A stretch of 64,000 nt of DNA from Thermoplasmata archaeon (GCA_025457815.1 JALOTQ010000001.1:17-64016); one strand, 5' to 3'; shown: positions 30,416 to 39,765, counted from the stretch's first letter. The notes: a model not told the origin generated them from the letters alone. A program made the numbers and translations.

Positions 30416-30997
30416 ATGCCTGTGCAGACCATGCGTAGGGAAGTCGTTTTCAGGAGGGTTGCGCACCTCCTCATCGCCCTCGCGCCGCTGTACTACGCGC
30501 TCCCGGTGGAGCTTCCGATACTCTCGGTGCACAGGTGGACCCTCGTGGTGGTTTTCTTCCTCGGCATATGCGCGTTCGAGGCCTACAGGCTGAAGAAGGG
30601 GATGACGTTCCTTGGTCTCAGGCCCCACGAAAGAGGCCAGATCGCCTCCTTCGCATGGGCAGCGGCGGGAATCGCCGCCGTCCTCTGGCTCTGCCCGCAC
30701 GATGTCGCCGCCGCAGCCCTCGTGGGCATGGCCTGCGTCGATCCTCTGGCCGGGGAGCTGAGGAAGGCGAAGGGCGACTCTGTCGCCGTCGTATCTTCGC
30801 TCGCGGCCTACTTCGTCCTGGCTTTCTCCGTTCTGTTCCTCTGGGAGTGGCGGGACGGCCTGCTGGTCGTGATCCTCGCAGCGGTTGGGTCGATTACTGC
30901 CGTGGGGGCGGAGAGGACCAAGGTGCGGTATGTCGACGACGACTTCCTGATGCTCGTTGTCCCGGGCGCCGCGATGACGTTGCTGACGCTGATCTGA
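30416..30997 (+). CDS. Small integral membrane protein, possible CTP-dependent polyprenol/dolichol kinase-like (CdsA/DolK superfamily)
   Basis: Corrected start MPVQTMRREV at ATG 30416; the ORF-track start 30287 overlaps the permease by 92 nt. About 6 TM helices. The GMACVDPLAGELRKAKGD region is weakly reminiscent of CTP-transferase-1/polyprenol kinase motifs. Confidence 0.35.
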   Translation: MPVQTMRREVVFRRVAHLLIALAPLYYALPVELPILSVHRWTLVVVFFLGICAFEAYRLKKGMTFLGLRPHERGQIASFAWAAAGIAAVLWLCPHDVAAAALVGMACVDPLAGELRKAKGDSVAVVSSLAAYFVLAFSVLFLWEWRDGLLVVILAAVGSITAVGAERTKVRYVDDDFLMLVVPGAAMTLLTLI

Positions 30998-31028
30998 GAA
31001 GTCCTAGCACGAAAAAGCCGCTGTGCGG

Positions 31029-31334
31029 CTAGGTAATGACTTCTAGCTTGCCGTACTTCCCCGCGCTGACCTGCAGGTTGTTCTTGTACGAAGATGCCCA
31101 GCCGTTCGTGATCCTCACCCTGGAGTTGACGTCAACCTTCTCGATGTCGTCGTTCCAGAGCGTAAGCGTCACGGTGTCCCCGTTGTCGTCCTGCCCGACA
31201 GCGTCGCAGACCCTTCCCGAGGATCCGCTCCACTTGGACTGGAACTCCCTGGGCTCCTTCTTCTCGACGATTGCGAGGACCAACTCGTCGACCTTAGACT
31301 TGTCCTTAAGCTCCTTTACCATCATCGGCCGCAC
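31029..31334 (-). CDS. OB-fold nucleic-acid-binding protein (RPA/SSB-like single OB domain)
   Basis: 101 aa. TVTLTLWNDDIEKVDVNSRVRITNGWASSYKNNLQVSAGKYGKLEV matches the RPA-type OB-fold pattern (tLtLWd....l..Gd.v.i.na.v..y.g...L). Confidence 0.5.
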   Translation of the reverse strand: MRPMMVKELKDKSKVDELVLAIVEKKEPREFQSKWSGSSGRVCDAVGQDDNGDTVTLTLWNDDIEKVDVNSRVRITNGWASSYKNNLQVSAGKYGKLEVIT

Positions 31335-31388
31335 GCCCTTCTGCCGTCAGTAGAGTCTCATCATACTTAAATATCACGCCCATCCGGA

Positions 31389-31410
31389 GCACCGGATGGG
31401 GCGCCTGCGC
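31389..31410. promoter_or_regulatory. Perfect 9-bp inverted repeat CCCATCCGG-agca-CCGGATGGG in a divergent promoter region
   Basis: Read directly. Lies between the minus-strand OB-fold gene (start 31334) and the plus-strand gene starting 31513, flanked by TATA-like ACTTAAATAT (31374-31384) and GGCTTATATG (~31474-31483). Confidence 0.4.
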
Positions 31411-31512
31411 ACCCCCAAGAAATGCGACATTTTCGGTCTAGCCAGATGGCGAAAAACGTTCATCTGACATTCCAATTAGGCTTATATGCCCACAACCGGA
31501 TAAGGGCAGTCC

Positions 31513-32010
31513 ATGACTAGGATCAAGGTAATCACCGAGCCCGCAGAGCTCGTACCGATGTTCCGGGCGGTGGATACCAAGGTCAAACGAGAGGTTCTCA
31601 AACTAGTGACTCTCGAATGGCACACCATAAGGGATATCGAGAAGCAGTTCGGCCCCGCGGGCAAGGATGCCCTCCTGTTCTTCGAGAAGATGAAGCTCGT
31701 CGAGACGAGGTGGCAGACCTCCCCCGAGCAGCAGCCCGAGAAGGCCTACCACACCTACTACACGTCCTTCCACATAAACGCCTCGTGGCCCGTCTACGAG
31801 ATAAGCGACGTCCTCGCGGCCGCCGTCATGGAAGAGAAGGAGTTCCAGAAGATCGAGAAGCAGATAGTGGACATGGTCGGTGCGCAGGGCAAGTTCGCGG
31901 GCGACGTGGCCGAGGTCCTGGGGGTAACTTTCACGATGCTCAAGAGCCTCGTCAAGAGGAGCACGAGGCTGGACTACCGGGGCCACCGCATAGAGCGGAT
32001 CAAGGAGTGA
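31513..32010 (+). CDS. Hypothetical protein with N-terminal winged-helix-like region
   Basis: 165 aa. VKREVLKLVTLEWHTIRDIEKQFG has an HTH-like pattern. No confident family. Confidence 0.4.
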   Translation: MTRIKVITEPAELVPMFRAVDTKVKREVLKLVTLEWHTIRDIEKQFGPAGKDALLFFEKMKLVETRWQTSPEQQPEKAYHTYYTSFHINASWPVYEISDVLAAAVMEEKEFQKIEKQIVDMVGAQGKFAGDVAEVLGVTFTMLKSLVKRSTRLDYRGHRIERIKE

Positions 32011-32025
32011 GCTGGGGTCTCCGAC

Positions 32026-32559
32026 ATGATAGTTGTTCTAAGGCTGGGCCATCGACCAACGAGGGACCAGCGAGTGACAACCCACGTGGCCCTGACCGCG
32101 CGCGCGCTGGGAGCGGACGAGGTGTGGGTATCGACCGAAGACGCCGGACTCGAGGCGACAGTCAGGGGGGTCGTCGAGCGCTTCGGTGGCAAGTTCAGGA
32201 TCAAGACCGGGGTCGAGTGGCGCAAGGCCATCAAGAACTGGAGGGGCGAGGTGGTGCACCTGACGATGTACGGGGAATCCCTCTCCAAGGCGCTCCCATC
32301 TCTCAGGGCCAAGGACCTCATGATAGTCGTCGGAGCCGAGAAGGTCCCGAGAGAGGTCTACGACCTGGCGGGCAGGAACATCAGCGTGGGTAACCAGCCG
32401 CACTCCGAGGTCGCGGCACTGGCCATATTCCTGGACAGGTACAGGAAAGGTAAATCCCTGGAGAAGGATTTCAAGGGGAGGCTTAGGATTGTTCCGAACC
32501 CGAGGGGGAAGACGGTAGTTGACCGGGGCAAGAAGCGAGGCCCGAGAGCTTCCAAGTAG
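32026..32559 (+). CDS. trm56: tRNA (cytidine56-2'-O)-methyltransferase aTrm56 (SPOUT)
   Basis: [33 protein letters not shown]... and [40 protein letters not shown] closely match archaeal Trm56. Confidence 0.85.
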   Translation: MIVVLRLGHRPTRDQRVTTHVALTARALGADEVWVSTEDAGLEATVRGVVERFGGKFRIKTGVEWRKAIKNWRGEVVHLTMYGESLSKALPSLRAKDLMIVVGAEKVPREVYDLAGRNISVGNQPHSEVAALAIFLDRYRKGKSLEKDFKGRLRIVPNPRGKTVVDRGKKRGPRASK

Positions 32560-33064
32560 GGACGAGTGCCTCGCGATCCTCCGCGAGCATGCCTGCAACG
32601 AAGAGGTGATCAAGCACTGCGTCGCCGTTTCCGCGCTCGCTGTCAAGATCGCCAAGAAATGTCGAGCGGACGTCGCTCTGGTGGAAGCTGGCGCGTTGCT
32701 CCACGACATTGGCAGGTGCAAGACGCACGGGATGGCGCACGCCGTCGAGGGGGCGAAGCTGGCCTCGAAGCTGGGCCTGCCTGGACCGATGGTGAGAATC
32801 ATCGAGAGGCATATCGGAGCCGGGATCACCGCAGAGGAGGCCGAGGCGCTCAACCTTCCGAAGAAGGACTACGTCCCACAGACCCTCGAAGAGAAGATAG
32901 TCGCCCACGCCGACAACCTGATATCAGGCGACCGGCGAACGAGCATCAAGGACGCGGTGTCTCATCTGGCCCGGAAGGAGCAGCACGACGCCGCCCTCAG
33001 AGTGCTCAGGCTCCACGAGGAGTTGTCCGATATCTGCGGCTCAAACATCGACGACATCTGGTGA
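32519..33064 (+). CDS. HD-domain (HDIG) metal-dependent phosphohydrolase
   Basis: H..HC...A ([10 protein letters not shown]), LLHDIGR, HADNL motifs. The ORF-track start overlaps trm56 by 41 nt, so the start may be downstream. Confidence 0.7.
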   Translation: MTGARSEARELPSRDECLAILREHACNEEVIKHCVAVSALAVKIAKKCRADVALVEAGALLHDIGRCKTHGMAHAVEGAKLASKLGLPGPMVRIIERHIGAGITAEEAEALNLPKKDYVPQTLEEKIVAHADNLISGDRRTSIKDAVSHLARKEQHDAALRVLRLHEELSDICGSNIDDIW

Positions 33065-33099
33065 GATTCCAGAGTCAGATTCTACTCAGAGGGTGGAGG

Positions 33100-33609
33100 T
33101 CACGGCTTGTATCTTGCGAAATCTCCCCTCTTGTGTGCGTCGCGGAGCGTGTGATAGGCCTCGGCATTCTTGATGGCGGCCTCCTTGAGGGTTTGGTCAT
33201 TCTCGCGCACGACCTTGGCGGGCACACCGACAACGAGACTACCGGGGGGCACCTTCATACCCTCCCGTACGAGCGCGTTGGCGCCGACCACGGAGCCGCT
33301 GCCTATCTCAGCACCGTCGAGAATTGACGAGTTCATGCCGACAATCACGAAGTCGCCCACCTTGGCCGCGTGGACTATCGCGCCGTGCCCGATAGAGACG
33401 TTCCTTCCGACAACGACATCATTGCCAGGATTGCCGTGAATCTGGCAGTGCTCCTGGACGCTGGAGCCCTCTCCTATCCTTACGCTGCACAGGTCGGCGC
33501 GGATGACCGCAAAGGGCCATACGCTGCATCCCTTCTCGATGACGACATCGCCGATTATGACTGCCTCTGGCGCGATGTAGCATGAAGGGTCTATCTGTGG
33601 CACAGGCAC
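33100..33609 (-). CDS. Gamma-class carbonic anhydrase-family protein (left-handed beta-helix, CamH/PaaY-like)
   Basis: Hexapeptide repeats with Zn-ligand His pattern (IHGNPGND...IGHGAIVHAA). The ORF-track start 33750 overlaps the upstream PRC-barrel gene by 109 nt. A GTG at 33609 (MPVPQIDPSCYIAPEAVIIGDV) gives a typical 170-aa gamma-CA. Confidence 0.7.
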   Translation of the reverse strand: MPVPQIDPSCYIAPEAVIIGDVVIEKGCSVWPFAVIRADLCSVRIGEGSSVQEHCQIHGNPGNDVVVGRNVSIGHGAIVHAAKVGDFVIVGMNSSILDGAEIGSGSVVGANALVREGMKVPPGSLVVGVPAKVVRENDQTLKEAAIKNAEAYHTLRDAHKRGDFARYKP

Positions 33610-33641
33610 GAACGCCTGAGCGCAGGAATACGATAAATGCT

Positions 33642-33995
33642 TTATTCCTCGATGGGCAGCTTCTCCGCCTTCGGCTTCGGGCTCCTCTTGACGGCCACCC
33701 TCTTCGGGAAGTACTTCAGGATCACGATGTCCCCTATGGACGAGATCCATCTGTAGGGCACGTTGACCGACTTGGACCCCTCGACCATGAGCGGGTTGGT
33801 GTTCGTGACGAACAGTCCGTTGACCTTGTTCTCGTCGACGTCGACCACGAGGTTCCCGACATTCCCGAGGTAGATCCCTTGGCTGGTGTACACCTGCAAA
33901 CCTATGAGTTCAGAAGCTTCTTGGAGCATCCGGCATCCCAGCGACCATATCACCATCCGCTCCTTAAAAGGTTTCTGCAGGCCAGCACGTCGCAC
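33642..33995 (-). CDS. PRC-barrel domain protein
   Basis: ELIGLQVYTSQGIYLGNVGNLVVDVDENKVNGLFV...GDIVIL is the PRC-barrel signature. The true start is probably the internal Met MLQEASELIG at 33929. Confidence 0.55.
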   Translation of the reverse strand: MRRAGLQKPFKERMVIWSLGCRMLQEASELIGLQVYTSQGIYLGNVGNLVVDVDENKVNGLFVTNTNPLMVEGSKSVNVPYRWISSIGDIVILKYFPKRVAVKRSPKPKAEKLPIEE

Positions 33996-34069
33996 TCAAG
34001 ACTTCGTCTTGAGGGGCCTAGGCCGTTCTGATTCGTCGCAGTCTTTAACTACGTCCGCCTCATTCGGTA

Positions 34070-34531
34070 TTGCAGGAAAGAGGCACAATCGTGCAGAACT
34101 CGGTGGAGCAGATGTCGTCTGAGGTCGAAGAAATCAAGCAGAGGAAGATGCAGGAAATGATGAAGCAGGTCTCTCCCGGGGACGACGGGGGCAATGGCTA
34201 CCCGGACCACCCGGTCGAGGTGTCCGACTCCAACTTCGAGGAGACCGTCAAGAAGTATCCGAAGGTCGTCGTCGACTGCTGGGCCCCGTGGTGTGGCCCC
34301 TGCAGGATGCTCTCTCCGACGATCGATGCGATGGCGAAGGACAACAAGGGCAAGGTCGTATTCGCCAAGCTGAACACCGACGACAATTTTGGGACCGCGG
34401 GAAAGTACAGGATCATGAGCATCCCGACGCTCCTATTCTTCAAGAACGGCCAGCTCGTCGACAAGATGATCGGCGCAGCTCCGAGGGCCGTCGTCGAGCA
34501 GAGCATGAACAAGGCTCTGTCCAAGAACTGA
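34070..34531 (+). CDS. trxA: Thioredoxin
   Basis: WCGPC active site, thioredoxin fold (VVVDCWAPWCGPCRMLSPTIDAMA...YRIMSIPTLLFFKNGQLVDKMIGA), plus an unusual ~45-aa N-terminal extension. Confidence 0.8.
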   Translation: MQERGTIVQNSVEQMSSEVEEIKQRKMQEMMKQVSPGDDGGNGYPDHPVEVSDSNFEETVKKYPKVVVDCWAPWCGPCRMLSPTIDAMAKDNKGKVVFAKLNTDDNFGTAGKYRIMSIPTLLFFKNGQLVDKMIGAAPRAVVEQSMNKALSKN

Positions 34532-34556
34532 GGATAATCCCCCAAGACCCACCCCA

Positions 34557-34574
34557 TGTTTTTCTTTTTCTGTT
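34557..34574 (+). terminator. Oligo-T tract (TGTTTTTCTTTTTCTGTT), archaeal-type terminator candidate after trxA
   Basis: T-rich run 26 nt downstream of the trxA stop, followed by a TATA-like AAGTATAAAT before osmC. Confidence 0.4.
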
Positions 34575-34648
34575 GACTGCCTAGCGGACGCTCCGTCCTG
34601 TGCGCTGGAAAGTATAAATCGGTCTAATTCGCTGGTTACTCGAACACG

Positions 34649-35062
34649 ATGAACTTCGAGACGACTGTCGTCTGGAACCAGAAGTTCCCTGGCAAGATAC
34701 ACTGCCAGAACGGTCAGGTCATTGAATACTCGGCTCCAGTGGAGCTCAAAGGAATGCAGGGCACGCTTACACCCGAAGATGCATTCGTCGGCGCCGCCAA
34801 CATGTGCTATCAGATCGTCTTCCAGTACGTGTCGAGGGATCTCGGGATCGACCTCGTAGAGTACCGATGCAAGGCGGTCGGCGATCTGGAGGTGGTCGAC
34901 GGCGTCAAGAAGTTCGTCAAGATCACCCTCTATCCGGAGATGCGCTTCGCCCCAGGCTCGAACATGTCCAATCTGGAGAAGGCCATATCGACCACGAAGC
35001 GCAAATGCCTCGTCACGAACTCCATGGATCTCGAGGTCGATGTCGTTCCGAAGGTGCTCTGA
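34649..35062 (+). CDS. osmC: OsmC/Ohr-family peroxiredoxin-like protein
   Basis: 137 aa with two conserved Cys (ANMCYQ and RKCLV) in the OsmC spacing. Confidence 0.7.
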   Translation: MNFETTVVWNQKFPGKIHCQNGQVIEYSAPVELKGMQGTLTPEDAFVGAANMCYQIVFQYVSRDLGIDLVEYRCKAVGDLEVVDGVKKFVKITLYPEMRFAPGSNMSNLEKAISTTKRKCLVTNSMDLEVDVVPKVL

Positions 35063-35796
35063 TGTGTCGGATGGTCGGAGTCGTCTTCACCAAGGATTTC
35101 CCGACCGGAACGCTGAACGACCTCAGGCATGTCGCCGAGGTCGGCCAGGTGCCTGGAGAGGAGGAGAGGGGCCACAGGGACGGCTGGGGCATCGTCTCGT
35201 TTCGCTCTGGGTCACCTAGATACATCGGCCGAAGCCCAAGATCGATGCACCTCGACCCGTCGTTCGATTCCGCTCTTGAAGACGTCCTCAAGCTCGAGCC
35301 CCCGACCATTCTGATTGCGCATGCCAGGGCAGCATCGACCGGCAGCGCTTCGATCCCGAACACACATCCGTTCATCGTAGATGGTACAGTGCTGGGTCAC
35401 AACGGGACCATCAAGGACTTCCAGCCACGCACGAAGCGGTCACCCAAGGGCGAGACGGACAGCGAAAGGCTCGCGCTTCTGCTTGGAGACAGGATGGATG
35501 AGTTGGGAGCACTCAAGACCGCTCTCAAGTCAGTCATACTGGAGGACCTCGCGTCCAAGGAGTCCACGGCTCTGGTGATCCTGGCCTCAGACGGCGAGAG
35601 GCTCTACGGGTATCGGGATTACGCCAGGGAGGACAGGGCAGACTACTACGACCTCAGGATTGCCAAGTGCGAGGGGTACGTTGCGCTCTTTCAGGAGAGC
35701 TTCATGGGATACTGCGGGCGCATCTCCCGTGTGAAGAAGGGAGAGCTCGTTTCTGTAGACCTGGATCTGACCGTCAAGAGGGAGATGCTCCTCTAG
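35062..35796 (+). CDS. Class II (Ntn-type) glutamine amidotransferase-like protein (YafJ/EgtC-like)
   Basis: Starts MCRMVGVVF (Cys2 nucleophile after Met removal) with GHNGTI. The ATG overlaps the osmC stop in a TGATG arrangement (corrected from ORF-track 34804). Confidence 0.65.
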   Translation: MCRMVGVVFTKDFPTGTLNDLRHVAEVGQVPGEEERGHRDGWGIVSFRSGSPRYIGRSPRSMHLDPSFDSALEDVLKLEPPTILIAHARAASTGSASIPNTHPFIVDGTVLGHNGTIKDFQPRTKRSPKGETDSERLALLLGDRMDELGALKTALKSVILEDLASKESTALVILASDGERLYGYRDYAREDRADYYDLRIAKCEGYVALFQESFMGYCGRISRVKKGELVSVDLDLTVKREMLL

Positions 35797-36314
35797 ACCT
35801 TCGACTTCCTCGCAGCGACCTTGATGGCCTCTGTCACGCTGTCCTTCGGGACGATAGTCGCAATGGGAATGTCGAGGATCTTCTCTATGGTCGGGCTCAC
35901 GATGGGCGCGCACACCACCGCCACCGCTCCATCTCTCTCCGCTCTGATGGATGACACGATTGCGTCCTCGACGGTCGCTGCCGGATATTCCCTGATCTTG
36001 ACCGTTTCTCCACCGATCTGCACCGACCTCTCGACGACCTCGTCCAGGACGCGCCTCGTGACAATCAATGCGATGAAATTCCCGGCGCGCATGCCTTCCG
36101 CCTCCCGTATCGCGTTGAGTATCTTCCTCAGCACCTCCAGGCTCGGCGACCTCGTCTCGTTCGTGATCTTGTAGAGCGCGCTCGGAGACACTCCGGCCTT
36201 CTTCGAAAGCTCCTGTATGGTCCAACCGAGCGTATCCAGCGTCTCGAGCAGGACCTCGCTGAACCTCGTGTCGGATTCCAACGCGGCCTTTTGAAGATTC
36301 CTCGCCTTGTCCAT
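35793..36314 (-). CDS. XRE-family HTH transcriptional regulator with an uncharacterised C-terminal domain
   Basis: N-terminal LGWTIQELSKKAGVSPSALYKITNETRSPSLEVLRKIL is an HTH_3 motif. Divergent from the ABC importer operon. Confidence 0.6.
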   Translation of the reverse strand: MDKARNLQKAALESDTRFSEVLLETLDTLGWTIQELSKKAGVSPSALYKITNETRSPSLEVLRKILNAIREAEGMRAGNFIALIVTRRVLDEVVERSVQIGGETVKIREYPAATVEDAIVSSIRAERDGAVAVVCAPIVSPTIEKILDIPIATIVPKDSVTEAIKVAARKSKV

Positions 36315-36351
36315 CTGTTCTCCCTGAAGTGATAATATTGAACTGCATATT

Positions 36352-36365
36352 TATACAATTGTATA
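36352..36365. promoter_or_regulatory. Perfect 14-bp palindrome TATACAATTGTATA in the divergent XRE-regulator / ABC-importer promoter region
   Basis: Read directly in the 122-nt AT-rich intergenic region 36315-36436. Candidate operator and/or overlapping TATA boxes for both divergent genes. Confidence 0.45.
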
Positions 36366-36436
36366 TGGTAATCAGTACATTTGTGGAAAAACCTAAATAA
36401 GATGGGCCTCAATCAAGAGGTTCAGAGGCGCTTGAT

Positions 36437-37579
36437 ATGGAGAGGAATGTCCTTTACGCGATTGTCGTGGCTGCGATCGTAATCGTCTCGAGCGCGGCCG
36501 CTGTCTACGTCCTGACCGGGGACGATGAGCCAAAGGAGAAGTACCCCGTCTACTTCGTCACCATGGGCGTATCTAGCATGAAAGGTGCGCTTGCGAGCGG
36601 GGAGATCGACGGTTTCATCGCCTGGGAACCATTCGGGTCCGAGGCGATACTGGAGGATCTGGGGGAGCCTCTGATATGGTCGGGCGAGATCATGCCGAAC
36701 CACCCTTGTTGCGTTGTTGTTGCCTCGACTGACTACCTGGAGCTCGACCTCGGAGGAGGACTGACCGGCGCATCGATGACGTCCAGATTCGTCAAGGCGC
36801 ACATAGAGGCGACGAGCTGGATGGTCGACGCGCTGGACGACAAGGACAGCGCCAACTACACTCTGCTTGTGGAGCTGGGCGTCCAGTTCACAGGCAAGAG
36901 TGAGGCCATCGTCGAGTCCGCGTTGGACCACATGAAATATGGATACGAGATGGACCAGACGTTCATGGAAGGCATAACGAACTTCACGGAGATGTTCATC
37001 GTCGGCGGAGCGATATCTGAAGACAAGCTCGCGATTGGTGGCTACGAGGATGTGGACGATTTCGTGGATCAGTATACCAACGAGACCTTCCTGGATGCAG
37101 AGAGCGCCGTTCAGCCGAGCGACGTGATACTCAATCCGGACGACCCAGTGAGGATTGGCTTCCTCAAGTCCGACATCCACGAGCTCGCACAATGGGTTGC
37201 CCAGAACACCACAGTGGGCGGAGGCGCAAAGAGCCTCTTCGAGACGTACGGTGTCAACGTGGTCAACGCGAGCGCGGTCGGGGGATACGCGAGCGGCCCC
37301 GAGGAGATGGACAAGTTCGCGGCTGGCGAAGTGGACATAGGATACCTCGGATGCGCCCCTGCGATCCAGAAGCACCTCAACGCACAAGTTCACACTGTCA
37401 TAGTCGCGCAGGCGAACAGTGAAGGCAGCGCGATAGTCGTCGAGGCCGATGCGGGCATCGAATCTATAGACGACCTTCAGAACAAGACGATAGCTGTTCC
37501 CTCGACAGGAACGATCCAGTTCGTCCTGCTGAAGAGGGCAGTGAATGACGAGGGGCTGGAACTCAAGCTCAAGACATGA
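36437..37579 (+). CDS. ABC transporter substrate-binding protein, NitT/TauT (NMT1/SsuA-like) family
   Basis: N-terminal signal/anchor MERNVLYAIVVAAIVIVSSAAAVYVL, periplasmic-binding fold, DGFIAWEPF motif. Confidence 0.75.
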   Translation: MERNVLYAIVVAAIVIVSSAAAVYVLTGDDEPKEKYPVYFVTMGVSSMKGALASGEIDGFIAWEPFGSEAILEDLGEPLIWSGEIMPNHPCCVVVASTDYLELDLGGGLTGASMTSRFVKAHIEATSWMVDALDDKDSANYTLLVELGVQFTGKSEAIVESALDHMKYGYEMDQTFMEGITNFTEMFIVGGAISEDKLAIGGYEDVDDFVDQYTNETFLDAESAVQPSDVILNPDDPVRIGFLKSDIHELAQWVAQNTTVGGGAKSLFETYGVNVVNASAVGGYASGPEEMDKFAAGEVDIGYLGCAPAIQKHLNAQVHTVIVAQANSEGSAIVVEADAGIESIDDLQNKTIAVPSTGTIQFVLLKRAVNDEGLELKLKT

Positions 37580-37631
37580 ACGACGAGGCGCATCTCTCCA
37601 CCCACGGGGTTCATAGAGGGAAAGTAACGGT

Positions 37632-38459
37632 ATGACCAACGACCCGCTCAAGGCTCTGAATAAGAAGTTGAAGGACAACTGGACGCAGTACCTGCTCGCG
37701 GTCATTTCGATCGCCGTGTTCATAGCGGCCTGGCATCTGTACGCGGCATACCTTCACGAGAATGACAGCGGCTACCAGGGATACATCCCCTATCCGCTCG
37801 ACGTGGCGGAGGCGCTGGTCGATTCGTTCCGATATGAGGACCCCAACCTCGGCCTCACGATGTTCGACCACATCGCGGCGAGTCTGGAGAGGATTCTCCT
37901 CGGGTTCGTCATCGCCATAGTCATCGCTGTCCCCCTCGGCTTGCTCATGGGCACGTTCAGAAAGGCCGATGCCGTTGGACGGCCGATTGTGGAGTTGATT
38001 CGTCCCATCCCGCCGCTCGCGTGGATACCGATATTCATCGTCGTACTGGGCATGCTCTGGGGGCCAGTCGCGATCGTCGCCCTCGGCATCTTCTTCCCAG
38101 TCCTTCTGAACGTCATGTTCGGAGTCAGGAGCGTCGAGCCGACGTTGATGGATGCTGCGAAGACACTTGGCGCGAACAGGAGCCAGATGTTCCTCAAGGT
38201 TGTGCTGCCCTTCACCACGCCCTATCTGATGACCGGCGTCAAGGTCGGCCTCGGAATCGGATGGATGTGCATAGTCGCAGCGGAGATGGTGGGCAACTAT
38301 GGCGGAGGCGTGGGGTACTTCATCAAAGACACTGCTGACGTCGGCGCATTCGAGTACATGTATGCAGGGATGATAGTGATCGGATTGCTGGGGATACTGA
38401 CCACGGGCGTGGCGGGTCTCATCGAAGGGAGGCTGAGCAGATGGATGGGCATGAAGTGA
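37632..38459 (+). CDS. ABC transporter permease (NitT/TauT family, binding-protein-dependent inner-membrane component)
   Basis: 275 aa, 6 TM helices, EAA-like loop ([20 protein letters not shown]). Confidence 0.8.
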   Translation: MTNDPLKALNKKLKDNWTQYLLAVISIAVFIAAWHLYAAYLHENDSGYQGYIPYPLDVAEALVDSFRYEDPNLGLTMFDHIAASLERILLGFVIAIVIAVPLGLLMGTFRKADAVGRPIVELIRPIPPLAWIPIFIVVLGMLWGPVAIVALGIFFPVLLNVMFGVRSVEPTLMDAAKTLGANRSQMFLKVVLPFTTPYLMTGVKVGLGIGWMCIVAAEMVGNYGGGVGYFIKDTADVGAFEYMYAGMIVIGLLGILTTGVAGLIEGRLSRWMGMK

Positions 38460-39241
38460 ACCCCTGCATCGACATCCAGGACCTGTTCAAGACCTTCGTG
38501 AAGGGTCGGAAAGAGGTCAGGGCTCTTGCGAACTTCAGCCTGGCCGTGCCAGATGCCCAGTTCGTGTGTCTCCTGGGGCCGTCGGGCTGTGGCAAGACCA
38601 CGGTGCTTCGGATCCTCGCGGGTCTTGAGACGAAGTCCGGCGGCATGGTCAAGGTCAAAGGCCGCGAAGTGTCGCGGGCCGGCTCGGACCGGGGGATGGT
38701 CTTCCAGGAGTTCGCGCTGTTCCCATGGCGCACCGTCAGGAAGAACATCGAGTTCGGCCTGGAGATCAGGAACATGCCTGAGACCGAGCGGAGGAAGCTC
38801 TCGTCGAAGTACATAGACCTGGTCGGCCTGGGCGGCTTCGAGGACGCCCACCCTAAGGAGCTCTCGGGAGGGATGAAGCAGCGCGTGGGCATCGCGCGCG
38901 CCTTGGCGAACGAACCCGCGGTCCTTCTGATGGACGAGCCCTTCGGTTCCCTGGACGCACAGACCAGGAACCTGATGCAGAAGGAACTGCTCAGGATCTG
39001 GTCCGCGACGAGGAAGACGATTCTCTTCGTCACGCACTCCGTCGACGAGGCGGTGTTCCTCGCCGACAGGATCGTCGTCATGACAGCGCGGCCCGGGAAG
39101 GTGCGCGAGGACATCGCGGTGGACCTCCCGAGGCCGAGGGACAGGACCAGCAGTGACTTCATCTCGGTGAGAGGGAGAGTGTTGGCCGAGCTCGACGAGG
39201 AGTTCGAGAAGGCGAGGGCGAAGGAACTGTCCCCGGACTGA
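38441..39241 (+). CDS. ABC transporter ATP-binding protein (NitT/TauT family)
   Basis: Walker [10 protein letters not shown], signature LSGGMKQRV, Walker [12 protein letters not shown]. Overlaps the permease end by 19 nt. Confidence 0.85.
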   Translation: MDGHEVNPCIDIQDLFKTFVKGRKEVRALANFSLAVPDAQFVCLLGPSGCGKTTVLRILAGLETKSGGMVKVKGREVSRAGSDRGMVFQEFALFPWRTVRKNIEFGLEIRNMPETERRKLSSKYIDLVGLGGFEDAHPKELSGGMKQRVGIARALANEPAVLLMDEPFGSLDAQTRNLMQKELLRIWSATRKTILFVTHSVDEAVFLADRIVVMTARPGKVREDIAVDLPRPRDRTSSDFISVRGRVLAELDEEFEKARAKELSPD

Positions 39242-39285
39242 GTCAACGACAATGCTTAACTATTAACGCCTCGATTCAGACCTAC

Positions 39286-39765
39286 ATGGGCTTCGAGCTA
39301 AATGTCGTCAGCAACACCCCTTTGACTCCTCTGAGCGACATCGACGAGGTCGCTATCCTGTTCCTGAACCAGATCGGCTACTTCCCGAAGGGTTACGACC
39401 CAAAGACAGACGTCACGGACATCAGGGACAGCGTGCCATACAAGCTGATGGTTGACTACTTCCTCGTGAGGATGGAAAAGGCATGGGTTGTCGAGGACCT
39501 GGCCACTGGTCTCGGCACGACCAAGGCTACTGTGTACAGGCACATCAACAAGCTGAAGGGGTTCGACATCCTGGAAGAGCAGAATGTGGAGGATTCCCAA
39601 GGCGCTCTCAGGAAGGGGTATAGGATCCGATACGGGAACCTGAGCAAGGCCTGGAACTTTACTGAGGCGCACGTGCAGGTCGCGATGGAGAACTACAGGA
39701 AGACCATCGACCACCTGCAGGATCTAGCAGGTAAGAAGGGTGAGAAGCATGCAAAGAAAAGATGA
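39286..39765 (+). CDS. Hypothetical protein with predicted HTH (LATGLGTTKATVYRHINKL)
   Basis: 159 aa, no family recognised. First of three tightly spaced small genes. Confidence 0.4.
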   Translation: MGFELNVVSNTPLTPLSDIDEVAILFLNQIGYFPKGYDPKTDVTDIRDSVPYKLMVDYFLVRMEKAWVVEDLATGLGTTKATVYRHINKLKGFDILEEQNVEDSQGALRKGYRIRYGNLSKAWNFTEAHVQVAMENYRKTIDHLQDLAGKKGEKHAKKR

